Source: Alphaproteobacteria bacterium (GTDB lineage: Bacteria; Pseudomonadota; Alphaproteobacteria; 16-39-46; JABJFC01). From it: a DNA stretch of 64,000 nt. Below are positions 18,595 through 28,569 of this stretch, piece after piece. Numbering within the stretch: position 1 is the first letter of the stretch; every line of letters begins with the position of its first letter. The notes beneath the pieces are model-generated. The model was not told the origin of the DNA and searched no databases. It was given only the letters and a program-made list of their open reading frames with translations. The DNA lies in NCBI GenBank assembly GCA_018662925.1, contig JABJFC010000086.1, positions 50-64,049 of the forward strand, in the 5' to 3' direction. Made by a program: the position numbers and the translations under genes.

Positions 18595-21435
18595 ATGATT
18601 TCATCCATTTCTATTCGCGGTGCACGAGAGCACAACTTAAAAGATCTCAATGTGGAAATCCCCAAGAACCAACTTGTGGTCATTACGGGCCTCAGTGGAT
18701 CCGGAAAATCCTCCCTAGCATTTGATACGATCTATGCCGAAGGTCAGCGCCGCTATGTGGAAAGCCTGTCTGCCTATGCCCGTCAATTCTTGGAACTCAT
18801 GCAAAAACCCGATATAGATTCCATTGAGGGTCTATCACCGGCCATTGCCATCGAACAAAAGACTACCTCCAAAAATCCTCGATCTACAGTCGGAACCATT
18901 ACGGAAATTTATGATTACCTGCGGCTTTTGTTCGCACGAATAGGTGTCCCCTATTCACCTGCCACAGGACTCCCCATCGAAAGCCAATCTGTTTCTCAAA
19001 TGGTGGATCGTCTTATGGCACTCCCAGAAGGAACAAAGCTTTATCTCTTGGCGCCCATCGTGCGCGGCCGCAAAGGAGAATATCGGAAAGAACTGCTAGA
19101 GCTCCAGCGCAAAGGATTCCAGCGTGTGAAAATAGACGGAGAACTATACGAAATCGATGAAGCACCTGCGCTAAATAAAAAAGTAAAACACGATATCGAT
19201 GTGGTGGTCGATCGACTCGCGGTGAAAGAGACGGTGAAACAGCGCCTCGCAGATACGCTTGAAACAGCCCTATCCATCGCAGATGGCTTGGCCGCGGCAG
19301 AGTTAGCCGATACGGGAGAACGCATTACTTTTTCCGAAAAGTTTGCCTGTCCCGTCTCGGGATTCACCCTGGAAGAAATAGAACCTCGCCTCTTTTCCTT
19401 TAATAACCCTTTCGGAGCCTGTCCAACTTGTGATGGATTGGGCGTTAAAATGGAATTTGACGAGGACCTGGTTGTTCCCAACAAGTCCCTCTCTCTTTTG
19501 AAAGGCGCCATTGCGCCCTGGGCAAATTCCTCAAGCGAATACTATATCCAAACCCTGGAAGGCATTGCACGGCATTACAAAGTCAAGCTTAACGCCCCCT
19601 TCGAGATATTACCTCAAAAAGTTCAAGAGACCATTCTCCATGGTTCTGGGCGAGAAAAAATCGATATCACATATCGGGATGCAAAACGCACCTACACAGT
19701 GTCCAAAGCATTTGAAGGTGTCATTCCCAATATGACACGCCGTTTCCTAGAAACGGAAAGTAGCTGGGTCCGCGAAGAAATGGGTAAATACCAAATGGTC
19801 CATACCTGTGATAGCTGTGAAGCTTTTCGGTTAAAGCCAGAAGCGCTGTGCGTTAAAATTGATGAACTGCACATTGCTGAAGTCACAAACAAGTCCATCG
19901 AAGAGGCCGCTGTCTGGTTTGAAAATCTGCCCTCAAAACTGGACACGCAAAATCAAGAAATTGGCCGGCGGATTCTTAAGGAAATTCAAGAACGCTTGGG
20001 ATTTTTGGTCAGCGTTGGTTTGGGATACCTCACCCTCTCCCGAGGTTCAGGCACGCTATCTGGAGGAGAAAGCCAGCGCATTCGACTGGCCTCTCAAATC
20101 GGATCAGGACTCACCGGTGTTCTTTACGTTCTAGATGAACCCTCTATCGGACTCCATCAACGAGATAACAATCGCCTTTTGGAGACCCTTGTTCGTTTGC
20201 GAGATCTAGGCAACTCCGTCATCGTTGTTGAGCACGATGAAGATGCCATCCGAACTGCCGATCATGTCATTGATATGGGCCCCAGAGCTGGGATTCACGG
20301 TGGAGAAATAATTGCGCAAGGAACGCCAGCAGATATTCTAGCCTCTGAAAAAAGCCTCACAGGACAATACCTGAGTGGGAAGCGAGAAATCCCCATACCT
20401 CAAAGGCGGCGCAAAGGAAAAAGTGATCTGAAAATTATAGGCGCGCAAGCCAACAATCTTCAAAACATAGATGCGACCATTCCTCTCGGCACCTTTACCT
20501 GTGTGACAGGAGTCTCAGGTGGCGGAAAATCATCTCTCATTGTTGAAACGCTTTATAAGGGCTTATCCCGCCTCCTTAATAATTCAAGAATCATTCCAGG
20601 CACCCACAAGAAAATTAGCGGTGCTTATGAATTGGACAAGATTGTTGATATCAATCAATCTCCTATTGGACGGACCCCGCGGTCTAATCCCGCCACCTAT
20701 ACAGGCTGTTTCACGCCCATCCGCGAATGGTTTGCGGGCCTTCCCGAAGCCAAAGCCAGAGGCTATAAGCCAGGACGCTTTTCCTTTAACGTCAAAGGGG
20801 GGCGCTGTGAATCCTGTCAAGGAGATGGGCTTATAAAGATTGAAATGCATTTTCTGCCCGACGTTTATGTCACCTGCGATCAATGTAAGGGTCGTCGTTA
20901 TAACAGAGAAACTTTGGAAATCACATACAAAGGCAAATCCATCGCAGATGTTCTTGATATGACCGTCGATGAGGCAGCAGATTTTTTCGAAGCCCATCCC
21001 AGTCTCAAAGATAAGCTAGCTGTTTTAAACAAGGTTGGGCTTTCGTATATCCATTTGGGCCAATCTGCCACTACCCTTTCAGGAGGTGAAGCACAGCGGG
21101 TTAAATTAGCCAAGGAACTCTCCCGACGCGCCACAGGAAAGACTTTATATATTCTGGATGAGCCAACGACAGGCCTCCACTTTGAAGACACTCGGAAACT
21201 CTTAGAAGTTCTCCAGGCCCTAGTAGACCAGGGCAACTCTGTCCTCGTTATAGAACATAACCTAGACGTGATTAAAACAGCCGACTGGATCATCGATTTG
21301 GGCCCCGAGGGTGGTTCAGGTGGCGGACATATTGTGGCCGCAGGCACGCCTGAAGATATCGTTCATGTTAAAGAAAGCTACACGGGGCATTATCTCAAAC
21401 CACATTTGAAAGGCTACGACGAGAAGGCCGCTTAA
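18595..21435 (+). CDS. uvrA: excinuclease ABC subunit A
   Basis: 946 aa; two ABC modules ([20 protein letters not shown]), zinc fingers, LSGGE signatures. Confidence 0.95.
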   Translation: MISSISIRGAREHNLKDLNVEIPKNQLVVITGLSGSGKSSLAFDTIYAEGQRRYVESLSAYARQFLELMQKPDIDSIEGLSPAIAIEQKTTSKNPRSTVGTITEIYDYLRLLFARIGVPYSPATGLPIESQSVSQMVDRLMALPEGTKLYLLAPIVRGRKGEYRKELLELQRKGFQRVKIDGELYEIDEAPALNKKVKHDIDVVVDRLAVKETVKQRLADTLETALSIADGLAAAELADTGERITFSEKFACPVSGFTLEEIEPRLFSFNNPFGACPTCDGLGVKMEFDEDLVVPNKSLSLLKGAIAPWANSSSEYYIQTLEGIARHYKVKLNAPFEILPQKVQETILHGSGREKIDITYRDAKRTYTVSKAFEGVIPNMTRRFLETESSWVREEMGKYQMVHTCDSCEAFRLKPEALCVKIDELHIAEVTNKSIEEAAVWFENLPSKLDTQNQEIGRRILKEIQERLGFLVSVGLGYLTLSRGSGTLSGGESQRIRLASQIGSGLTGVLYVLDEPSIGLHQRDNNRLLETLVRLRDLGNSVIVVEHDEDAIRTADHVIDMGPRAGIHGGEIIAQGTPADILASEKSLTGQYLSGKREIPIPQRRRKGKSDLKIIGAQANNLQNIDATIPLGTFTCVTGVSGGGKSSLIVETLYKGLSRLLNNSRIIPGTHKKISGAYELDKIVDINQSPIGRTPRSNPATYTGCFTPIREWFAGLPEAKARGYKPGRFSFNVKGGRCESCQGDGLIKIEMHFLPDVYVTCDQCKGRRYNRETLEITYKGKSIADVLDMTVDEAADFFEAHPSLKDKLAVLNKVGLSYIHLGQSATTLSGGEAQRVKLAKELSRRATGKTLYILDEPTTGLHFEDTRKLLEVLQALVDQGNSVLVIEHNLDVIKTADWIIDLGPEGGSGGGHIVAAGTPEDIVHVKESYTGHYLKPHLKGYDEKAA

Positions 21436-21617
21436 AACACTACGTCTTCGTTCATATTTTTATGTGATTGTACTATTCAGTTTTCTCTTGAGAGTTACAT
21501 AACCTGGATCCCAAATCACTTTAAGGATCAATGTCTTAAGATACCGATTGATCCAAGGTTCTTCTGTTCAGAAATGGTGACGTTCACTTGCAGAAACAAC
21601 AGTTAACTATAGCAGTC

Positions 21618-24479
21618 CTAATACCCAATTACCGTAACAGGTACACCAATCGCAGTACTTGAGAAATTGCCATTGCCGTGATCGAAGTAGGGCTGGAGTT
21701 CAGAGGGTGCATCGTAAAATTCGTCCTTTCCCCTCTTTTCGTAGCCCGTAAAACCATTGTCGTTTGCAGAAGGCATAATACCTTTACCCATGGCAAGGGT
21801 TTTTAATACATATTGCATCCTATTCGCATGAAAAGCATCACTTTCAGCTTCTAATTTCTTCTGCATATATTCAGACAGATCTACCACCACAGAATCCCCC
21901 TTAGGTTGAACTGGCACTTGAGAAGCGGACGGAAAAAATACACTTGGCGGACGCAAATCTGAAACAGCCCCATCAACGTTTTCTTCTTCAGTGTCTGAAC
22001 CATCGGAGGCGTCATGAAAAACGAGATCCTTATCCTGCTCTTCTTCTTCATCTGCATTTTTCCCTTCAAGTTGATCAAGTCCAACTTCTTCCTCCTCTTC
22101 AAGGAGTGCATATTGAACACTAGTGCTGTCCAAGTCCTCAACTCTACCAACGTTCAATCCACCGCCCGAAAACCCTTCGCCACCTCCAGAATAGTCCTCC
22201 ATCTCCCTGTCATCTGCTGCGCGTTTCTCCTTCGTTTTTTTCTCCTTCTTAACTAGAACTCTGATTTCTTTAATGAACTTATGCACCTCTTCTACCTCTG
22301 TCATAGTGCCCCTTTTGACAGTGAATTGGAAAATATCTTCCACAAACTGCATGAGATCATGTTTATGCAATCCAACGAAATCAGGATACTTGAAAAAAGT
22401 TTTCCTGACCTGACGGATGAACCAACTTGACCAAGTCTCTATGGGGTTTACAGAATACTCTTCCTCAACGCCAAATCCACATTTCTTTAGCACAGGCTTT
22501 ATACCCTGTAGATTACTAAAACTGCGCCAGCCCCAATGAGACAGTAATTCTTCATCAGGTGATGATTGTAAATCATCCTCATTGATGATACGGCCACTAA
22601 CTTCCCAAACTGTTCTTGAAAGCTTCACGAAACCTTGCCTGATACCCGTTAATAAACGGCGAGTCCTTAGGGCGATTATTGAGCCAGATCTCTTTAGTTG
22701 AGCAGCTGCAAATGGTGTTAAGTTGAGAGACAGTCCCGCTGTCGTAATTAAAACGTAACCATTATAAAGAATGCTCAGGGGATCTCGTGTAATTAAAGAA
22801 TAAACACTGGGCACGCCCATAGCTGTCAGGTACACAACGGCAAAGGGAACTGTTTGCAGAGTTCCCCACGCCAAACTATCCAACCAATGTCCTACCCCCA
22901 AAATCCGGCTCACACGTCCCGTTGAAGGATTGTCTCGGGTTCCCTCTCTAATATAATGCATCCAGGCATACAAGCTATTAAACCAGCCAAAGGCTGCGAC
23001 AGGTGCACTTAACAAACCCAATGTCGTTAGACGAAAAGGATCCTCTATAATCGTACTAAACGAGTAGCCAAATGGATCATACAAAAGTCTGTGAAAGACG
23101 TACATTGACAGAACAGTTAGACCAGGCAAACCAACCGTAGCCGCCAACAGTGAAAATAAGCGTTTATTTATTTCAGGATCCTTTACCTGTCGAAAGATTC
23201 TTTGCCATCTGTTGAGTGTCTCTTTTCGAGATTCTTCTGTATCATCATGGAGTAGACTTTGCTCCAAAGAGCTTTCTTCTACTAAAAGTTCTCCTTCAAG
23301 AACTGCTATAAAATTTTTGATATCAATAAAATTTTCCACACCTGCATCTTTGCTACTACCTGAAGTAGATCGTGTAATAAGATTCCAAATTTGATGAAAC
23401 CTCTGGGGATCCGTCTTTATAGTAAGCCATAGTCTCAGAATTTCCTGAGGGTCCTCCATATCACGGATAAGACGCTTATAATCTCGCTTCTTCTGCTGTA
23501 ACGCAAGCATAGTATTTGCAAAGGATCCTTCTTTCTCTTCTCTCAATATCGTCTTTCTGAAAAACTCCCTGCTCTTTGCAAAAGTCCAGCGTAAATCACT
23601 TTGCAGAGCACTTACGCGCTCTGTAAGAGTTGCAAATTCAAATATAAATCCACCGAACATCTCTGTTGCTACAAGCCACAAGGGAGCATTTTCAGAAATA
23701 CTCAGATAAAACAAAGGAAGCGCCAGTGAAAGGACTGCAGCAGGAACGTCTAGTAATCTCCTACCAATAGTATGAATATAATCATTCAGTCGCTCGGCAC
23801 GAAACATATGGTTTGGAGCACGGGACAACATGCTTTCAAAAAATCTAGCTGCATCAACAGAGGTTACAGAATTTCGCAGATAAAAAGTAAGAGAAATGGC
23901 ATCCGTAAGAACATCCGTAGGATTTTTTGAAACGGTATCCTCTTGATCTAAATTAAGGATTTCAAGCCATCTATATAAAAAATATCCAAATAAAGCACCT
24001 CTTACAACATGCCCACCAGCAGAAACAATCACTCCAATCGCTCCCCAAGGCTCCCTCAAATGGGGCAGTATTCTGCGCGGAAAGTAGTGAAAAATCTGAT
24101 CTCGATCATCTGGTCGAACTTGCTGCATATAGTTCATAATACGGTCAAATTCTTCTCTAAGCGTCAAGGTATCCAGAATCTTTAGTCTTGAATATTTGTC
24201 ATCACCCAAACAGTTTACAGTGGGTTGCTGAAGCACCATGTACTCTGCTAGTGAATTATCCATATTCCTTATGACGGATGGAATACGATTCCTACTGTAC
24301 TCTTCCGAAGTCTCTCCATCTTTGCCTTTTGCAAAAGAACAATCGCAATTTAGTGAAGTACAAAACACAAAAACTAAAAGTAGGAAGGCATATTTTATAG
24401 CACACATCAAACAGAGGCTTTCGTAGTAATACTGAAATATAAAAATCTTTAGAGATGATAGTAAAAAACACCAATACAT
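21618..24479 (-). CDS. large hypothetical polytopic membrane protein with Glu/Asp-rich disordered C-terminal region
   Basis: 953-aa ORF; N-terminal signal-like segment (a more likely start is MCAIKYAFLLLVFVF...); at least 6 hydrophobic helices; C-terminal low-complexity SGGGEGFSGGG and EEEEE(V)...EEEEQD tracts. Confidence 0.5.
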   Translation of the reverse strand: MYWCFLLSSLKIFIFQYYYESLCLMCAIKYAFLLLVFVFCTSLNCDCSFAKGKDGETSEEYSRNRIPSVIRNMDNSLAEYMVLQQPTVNCLGDDKYSRLKILDTLTLREEFDRIMNYMQQVRPDDRDQIFHYFPRRILPHLREPWGAIGVIVSAGGHVVRGALFGYFLYRWLEILNLDQEDTVSKNPTDVLTDAISLTFYLRNSVTSVDAARFFESMLSRAPNHMFRAERLNDYIHTIGRRLLDVPAAVLSLALPLFYLSISENAPLWLVATEMFGGFIFEFATLTERVSALQSDLRWTFAKSREFFRKTILREEKEGSFANTMLALQQKKRDYKRLIRDMEDPQEILRLWLTIKTDPQRFHQIWNLITRSTSGSSKDAGVENFIDIKNFIAVLEGELLVEESSLEQSLLHDDTEESRKETLNRWQRIFRQVKDPEINKRLFSLLAATVGLPGLTVLSMYVFHRLLYDPFGYSFSTIIEDPFRLTTLGLLSAPVAAFGWFNSLYAWMHYIREGTRDNPSTGRVSRILGVGHWLDSLAWGTLQTVPFAVVYLTAMGVPSVYSLITRDPLSILYNGYVLITTAGLSLNLTPFAAAQLKRSGSIIALRTRRLLTGIRQGFVKLSRTVWEVSGRIINEDDLQSSPDEELLSHWGWRSFSNLQGIKPVLKKCGFGVEEEYSVNPIETWSSWFIRQVRKTFFKYPDFVGLHKHDLMQFVEDIFQFTVKRGTMTEVEEVHKFIKEIRVLVKKEKKTKEKRAADDREMEDYSGGGEGFSGGGLNVGRVEDLDSTSVQYALLEEEEEVGLDQLEGKNADEEEEQDKDLVFHDASDGSDTEEENVDGAVSDLRPPSVFFPSASQVPVQPKGDSVVVDLSEYMQKKLEAESDAFHANRMQYVLKTLAMGKGIMPSANDNGFTGYEKRGKDEFYDAPSELQPYFDHGNGNFSSTAIGVPVTVIGY

Positions 24480-24511
24480 ACAAGTATATTGTATGCATAC
24501 TTAAAATAAAC

Positions 24512-24557
24512 CGCCAAAAAATCCGGGAAGCACAACTATCTTTATTCTCCTTCCCGG
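24512..24557 (-). terminator. Rho-independent terminator downstream of the lipoprotein gene
   Basis: Minus-strand hairpin ccgggaag-N19-cttcccgg followed by a U-tract (ATTTTTTGG). Confidence 0.5.
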
Positions 24558-24621
24558 ACTAACGTGCTTTTCTATTTATTGATCATCGCCACCTGGGATT
24601 TATTGAACCTAATGCAGAAAC

Positions 24622-25164
24622 CTATTTTCCAGACTTTAAGTGGCTCTTGAGCCCATCTACTAAAAACACAACACGATCTCGACATTTTTGCTTTGCAAAA
24701 TCCTGTAGGGAAACACGATTTCCCTCTATAAGTGCATTATCATCAGCCAATAATGTCGCGACAAAGGTAATGCTATCGCTATTCACGTCTCCTACCTCTT
24801 TGATGGAAATCAAGAGGATTGCATCCTCGCCTTTTTTATTTACAAAAGACAGAAAATTATGGGGTTTTTCGGAAATATAACCGTCTTTATTTTTTGGCAA
24901 ACTGTTTAAAGCCTGGCCCAGTTCTTCCAAAGATACAAGCTGAGCGCCTCCCTTATGACCAATCGTCGGAAATGCATTAATAGATTTTCCATCCTTGATC
25001 CCTTTTAAGGTTAGTTTCATTGTGCCATTGGTATCAATATCCGAAATTTCAAAATTATCGGCACGAATATGATAGTCGTATTCTGAAACTTTTTGCTCTT
25101 CTGAACAGCCCACTAAACCGAAGGCAAGAAAAACTACACTATACAAAAAACCTGACTTTTTCAT
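24622..25164 (-). CDS. hypothetical lipoprotein
   Basis: 180 aa; signal peptide plus lipobox LVGCSEE. Confidence 0.45.
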   Translation of the reverse strand: MKKSGFLYSVVFLAFGLVGCSEEQKVSEYDYHIRADNFEISDIDTNGTMKLTLKGIKDGKSINAFPTIGHKGGAQLVSLEELGQALNSLPKNKDGYISEKPHNFLSFVNKKGEDAILLISIKEVGDVNSDSITFVATLLADDNALIEGNRVSLQDFAKQKCRDRVVFLVDGLKSHLKSGK

Positions 25165-25299
25165 GATATCACCTTGTTATTTTTGCTCTTTAGAGTATTG
25201 AGTGTATCATACGAGCACCTCATTTCAATGATATAAAATTTATGTACTTTCTGGATGGATCTCAGGAATAGTCTTATAATTCAAGGAAATAAAAAGGTC

Positions 25300-25998
25300 C
25301 TACTCGGATAATTTAAAGTGCTTCTCAGGGATAGTGCCGCCGACCATAAAATTCTCCAAGATCACATGGGTAATATTTCCTTGAGCATCTATCACCTTCC
25401 ATTGAGTTAGCTGTAGCGGTTTTTCCTGAAAACCAAGGACAAGCTGACCCCAATCTGAATCATCATCTTTGCTTAAGGTGATGAAGATATGATTCTTCTG
25501 CTGCTCCACACGATCAACGGAAATGTCCTTTTTAAAATTTACACGCTCTCGAAGGATAAACTCTGCTGGTGTCGAGGAAAGCGGCACATAGCTAATCTCA
25601 TCCAGTTGTTTATCCTGGTACGATACCCAGCTGCCATCGGAGATAATAAGTAAAGGAGACGGCGGATTGTATTCAAGGCGTACACGTCCAGGCCGGGACA
25701 AATAAAGAGTGCCATGGGTCACATTTCCTTGGGCGTCTTTTTGATGAAAATTAGCTTTTACCGTTTTGAGACCGTTGAGATATCCTTCCACATCCTTTAA
25801 GAGACGTTGCGGATTGGAAACCCCTTTGGTCGTTACCGTTTTTTTCGGAGTTTTTGCTCTCAAATAGGAAGCCTTCTGACTTTTCACAACATGTTTATTG
25901 GAATCAGGATGCGCTTTTTTGGACGCTCCCATTGCAGGATCAAAAGCCGAAACAGACAGTCCTCCCATGAGGACAACCAGAAAGAAAATTTTGCGCAT
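25300..25998 (-). CDS. lolA: outer-membrane lipoprotein carrier protein LolA
   Basis: 232 aa; signal peptide; LolA-like beta-barrel length and motifs; conserved ftsK-lolA adjacency. Confidence 0.65.
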   Translation of the reverse strand: MRKIFFLVVLMGGLSVSAFDPAMGASKKAHPDSNKHVVKSQKASYLRAKTPKKTVTTKGVSNPQRLLKDVEGYLNGLKTVKANFHQKDAQGNVTHGTLYLSRPGRVRLEYNPPSPLLIISDGSWVSYQDKQLDEISYVPLSSTPAEFILRERVNFKKDISVDRVEQQKNHIFITLSKDDDSDWGQLVLGFQEKPLQLTQWKVIDAQGNITHVILENFMVGGTIPEKHFKLSE

Positions 25999-26027
25999 CC
26001 TATCCTAACTCCACTCATTCGTTCCCA

Positions 26028-28349
26028 TTATTGACTTCCGGCCAACACCTCACGCCGGCCAGCATGGTTGGCAGCAGAAATAACGCCCTCTGCCTCCATC
26101 TGTTCAACAATGCGTGCTGCTCTATTGTAACCGATTTGTAAGTGCCGCTGAACAAAACTTGTCGAGGCTTTCTGTTCACGGCAAACAATACTGACGGCTT
26201 GATCATAGAGGGGATCATGGTCGCGACTGGATTCACCACTCACGCCCCCTTCTTCATCTTCCTCGGTCACATCTTCCACATAGGTGGGCGACCCCTGGGT
26301 TTTCAAGAACGCCACCACTTTATCTACTTCTTCATCAGACACAAAAGGACCATGGACGCGCGTAACCCGTCCACCAGCCGCCATGTACAACATGTCTCCT
26401 TGCCCCAAAAGCTGCTCTGCTCCTGCCTCTCCTAAAATTGTACGACTATCAATTTTGGAGGTGACCTGAAAACTAATGCGCGTTGGAAAGTTTGCTTTAA
26501 TAGTTCCTGTTATTACATCCACCGAAGGTCTCTGTGTTGCCATGATTAAGTGGATTCCCGCTGCACGAGCCATTTGCGCCAAGCGCTGAATAACGACTTC
26601 GATATCCTTTCCCGCCACCAACATTAAGTCAGCCATCTCATCGACAACAATGACGATGTAAGGCATTGGCGTCATATCTAGCGGCTGTTCTTCGTAAATA
26701 GCTTTTCCTGTTTCTGGATCGAAGCCAGTTTGAACCTTGCGTTTGATGACTTCTTCCCGTTCCTTAGCCTCTTTAAGGCGCAAATTGTACCCGTCAATAT
26801 TTCGCACCCCAAGGCGCGACATGGCCCGATAACGGTTTTCCATCTCTTTAACCGCCCACTTTAGGGCCACAACTGCCTTTTTCGGATCCGTCACAACTGG
26901 CGTAAGCAAGTGAGGAATATCTTCGTATACGGATAATTCCAACATTTTGGGATCGATCATGATGAACTTACATCGATCTGGCGGCAATCTGTATAGAAGG
27001 GACAGAATCATTGTATTTACAGAAACAGATTTACCAGAGCCAGTCGTTCCCGCCACCAACAAGTGGGGCATACGGGCCAAATCAACGATAATGGGCTCTC
27101 CACCGATGTCTTTCCCAAGAATCAGAGCCAGCCGCCCAGCTGTTCGTTCAAAGGCCTCATGTCCCAACTGTTCCCGGAGCATCACCACATCTCGCTTTTG
27201 GTTGGGTAATTCGATGCCAATAACATTTTGGCCAGCTACCACAGAAACACGAGCCGAAACGGCACTCATAGATCGTGCAATATCACTGGATAATCCAATG
27301 ACTCGAGAAGATTTTAATCCTGGCGCTGGACAAAGTTCGTAAAGAGTTACCACAGGCCCTGGGCGAACTTTAACAATCTCTCCGCGAACACCAAAATCCT
27401 TCAGTACGTTCTCTAGAGAGGCAGCCTTTTTTTCTAAGATATCGTCGCTTTCTTCTTTAAGACCTTTGTCCTTCTTTGGCTTTGCCAACAAGTCATGTGG
27501 TGGCAAACGATAATTCTCGTCAGATACAAGCTCTAGAGGCTTGTACAAAGCAGTTTCATCTGTTCTGTCTAAAGTAACTTTTTCCTTAGTTTTACGCGAT
27601 ACCATCTTCTTCTCAGAAAGAGTTGGCTCCGCAGATTTGGATAATGGAAGTGGTTCCGGAGATTCTTCCACATTTCTTAATTGAATGCGAAGGCCATCCG
27701 GACGTTTCCTCACCAAAAAAAGGAAACCCTTAAAAATGAGATTTGTACTCTTTCCCGTATGCTTCAGAATCTGCTTCCACAGGCGCCAAGGAACCCCCAA
27801 AATATAAAGGAACAAAAGCACCGCGAGAATACCTGAGATAAGAGCCAGAGGAAGATTTCCAATGGCTAGGGTTGAATACAAAGCGATTGTCTTCAGCAGC
27901 TCAAGTCCTAAATATCCCAAGCTCCCTCCCAAAAAACCCCACTCCTTAGGAAGAGGCAAGGCTGTCCAAAATATGGCCCAAAGAACAAGGACGCTGGGCA
28001 ATATCAAAAGCTTCAACCACGGATAGGTTGGGGGACGATGTAATAAAACACGCACCCCCCAAACAACGAGAAGCGGAACAAGAACCCAGCCTGCTATTCC
28101 CATAAGTTGTTGAAAAAGATCCGCCAAAACGGCACCAAAAGGACCCACAAAGTTCCTCACAATATGGGCATCCACGGCAACATTCCATGAGGGATCGGTC
28201 CGATCGTAAGACAAAAGGCTCAATCCCAAAACAATTCCCGAAATAACGAGAACAAAACCCAGACCTTCTGTAGCTCGCAGTTTAAAAAAGGATTTAAAGA
28301 TTGGTGGAAAAAGAGTTCTCTTTGAAACAGTATTTCGCATTCGTGGCAT
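26028..28349 (-). CDS. ftsK: DNA translocase FtsK
   Basis: 773 aa; N-terminal 4-TM domain, Pro-rich linker, RecA-like motor (GTTGSGKS), C-terminal gamma winged helix. Confidence 0.9.
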   Translation of the reverse strand: MPRMRNTVSKRTLFPPIFKSFFKLRATEGLGFVLVISGIVLGLSLLSYDRTDPSWNVAVDAHIVRNFVGPFGAVLADLFQQLMGIAGWVLVPLLVVWGVRVLLHRPPTYPWLKLLILPSVLVLWAIFWTALPLPKEWGFLGGSLGYLGLELLKTIALYSTLAIGNLPLALISGILAVLLFLYILGVPWRLWKQILKHTGKSTNLIFKGFLFLVRKRPDGLRIQLRNVEESPEPLPLSKSAEPTLSEKKMVSRKTKEKVTLDRTDETALYKPLELVSDENYRLPPHDLLAKPKKDKGLKEESDDILEKKAASLENVLKDFGVRGEIVKVRPGPVVTLYELCPAPGLKSSRVIGLSSDIARSMSAVSARVSVVAGQNVIGIELPNQKRDVVMLREQLGHEAFERTAGRLALILGKDIGGEPIIVDLARMPHLLVAGTTGSGKSVSVNTMILSLLYRLPPDRCKFIMIDPKMLELSVYEDIPHLLTPVVTDPKKAVVALKWAVKEMENRYRAMSRLGVRNIDGYNLRLKEAKEREEVIKRKVQTGFDPETGKAIYEEQPLDMTPMPYIVIVVDEMADLMLVAGKDIEVVIQRLAQMARAAGIHLIMATQRPSVDVITGTIKANFPTRISFQVTSKIDSRTILGEAGAEQLLGQGDMLYMAAGGRVTRVHGPFVSDEEVDKVVAFLKTQGSPTYVEDVTEEDEEGGVSGESSRDHDPLYDQAVSIVCREQKASTSFVQRHLQIGYNRAARIVEQMEAEGVISAANHAGRREVLAGSQ

Positions 28350-28436
28350 TTTCTATCACTTTAATAATTTTATTTCCGGAAATCCCGAAACAACCTAATT
28401 CTTGGGATAAATCAATTCCCTTAACAAATCAACTCC

Positions 28437-28513
28437 TGGTCAGAGTGAAAGGATTCGCACCTCCGGCTCCTACCTCCCGAAGGCAGTACTCTACCAGGCT
28501 GAGCTACACTCCG
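28437..28513 (-). tRNA. tRNA-Pro (CGG), CCA encoded
   Basis: Manual fold: acceptor CGGAGTG/CACTCTG, anticodon loop UUCGGGA; T loop is non-canonical (G at position 55). Confidence 0.65.
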
Positions 28514-28569
28514 AGTACTATTGATTTTATAGCGTTATACCAGTCAACAGTGCAAGGAAAAGCAGAAAA

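Noticed and set aside
19041-21347. Multiple ORFs antisense or alternative-frame to uvrA (19041-19511, 19692-19946, 20584-20997, 20898-21347 and others)
   Set aside because: uvrA is unambiguous over its full length. Overlapping frames are Ser/Arg-rich shadow ORFs.
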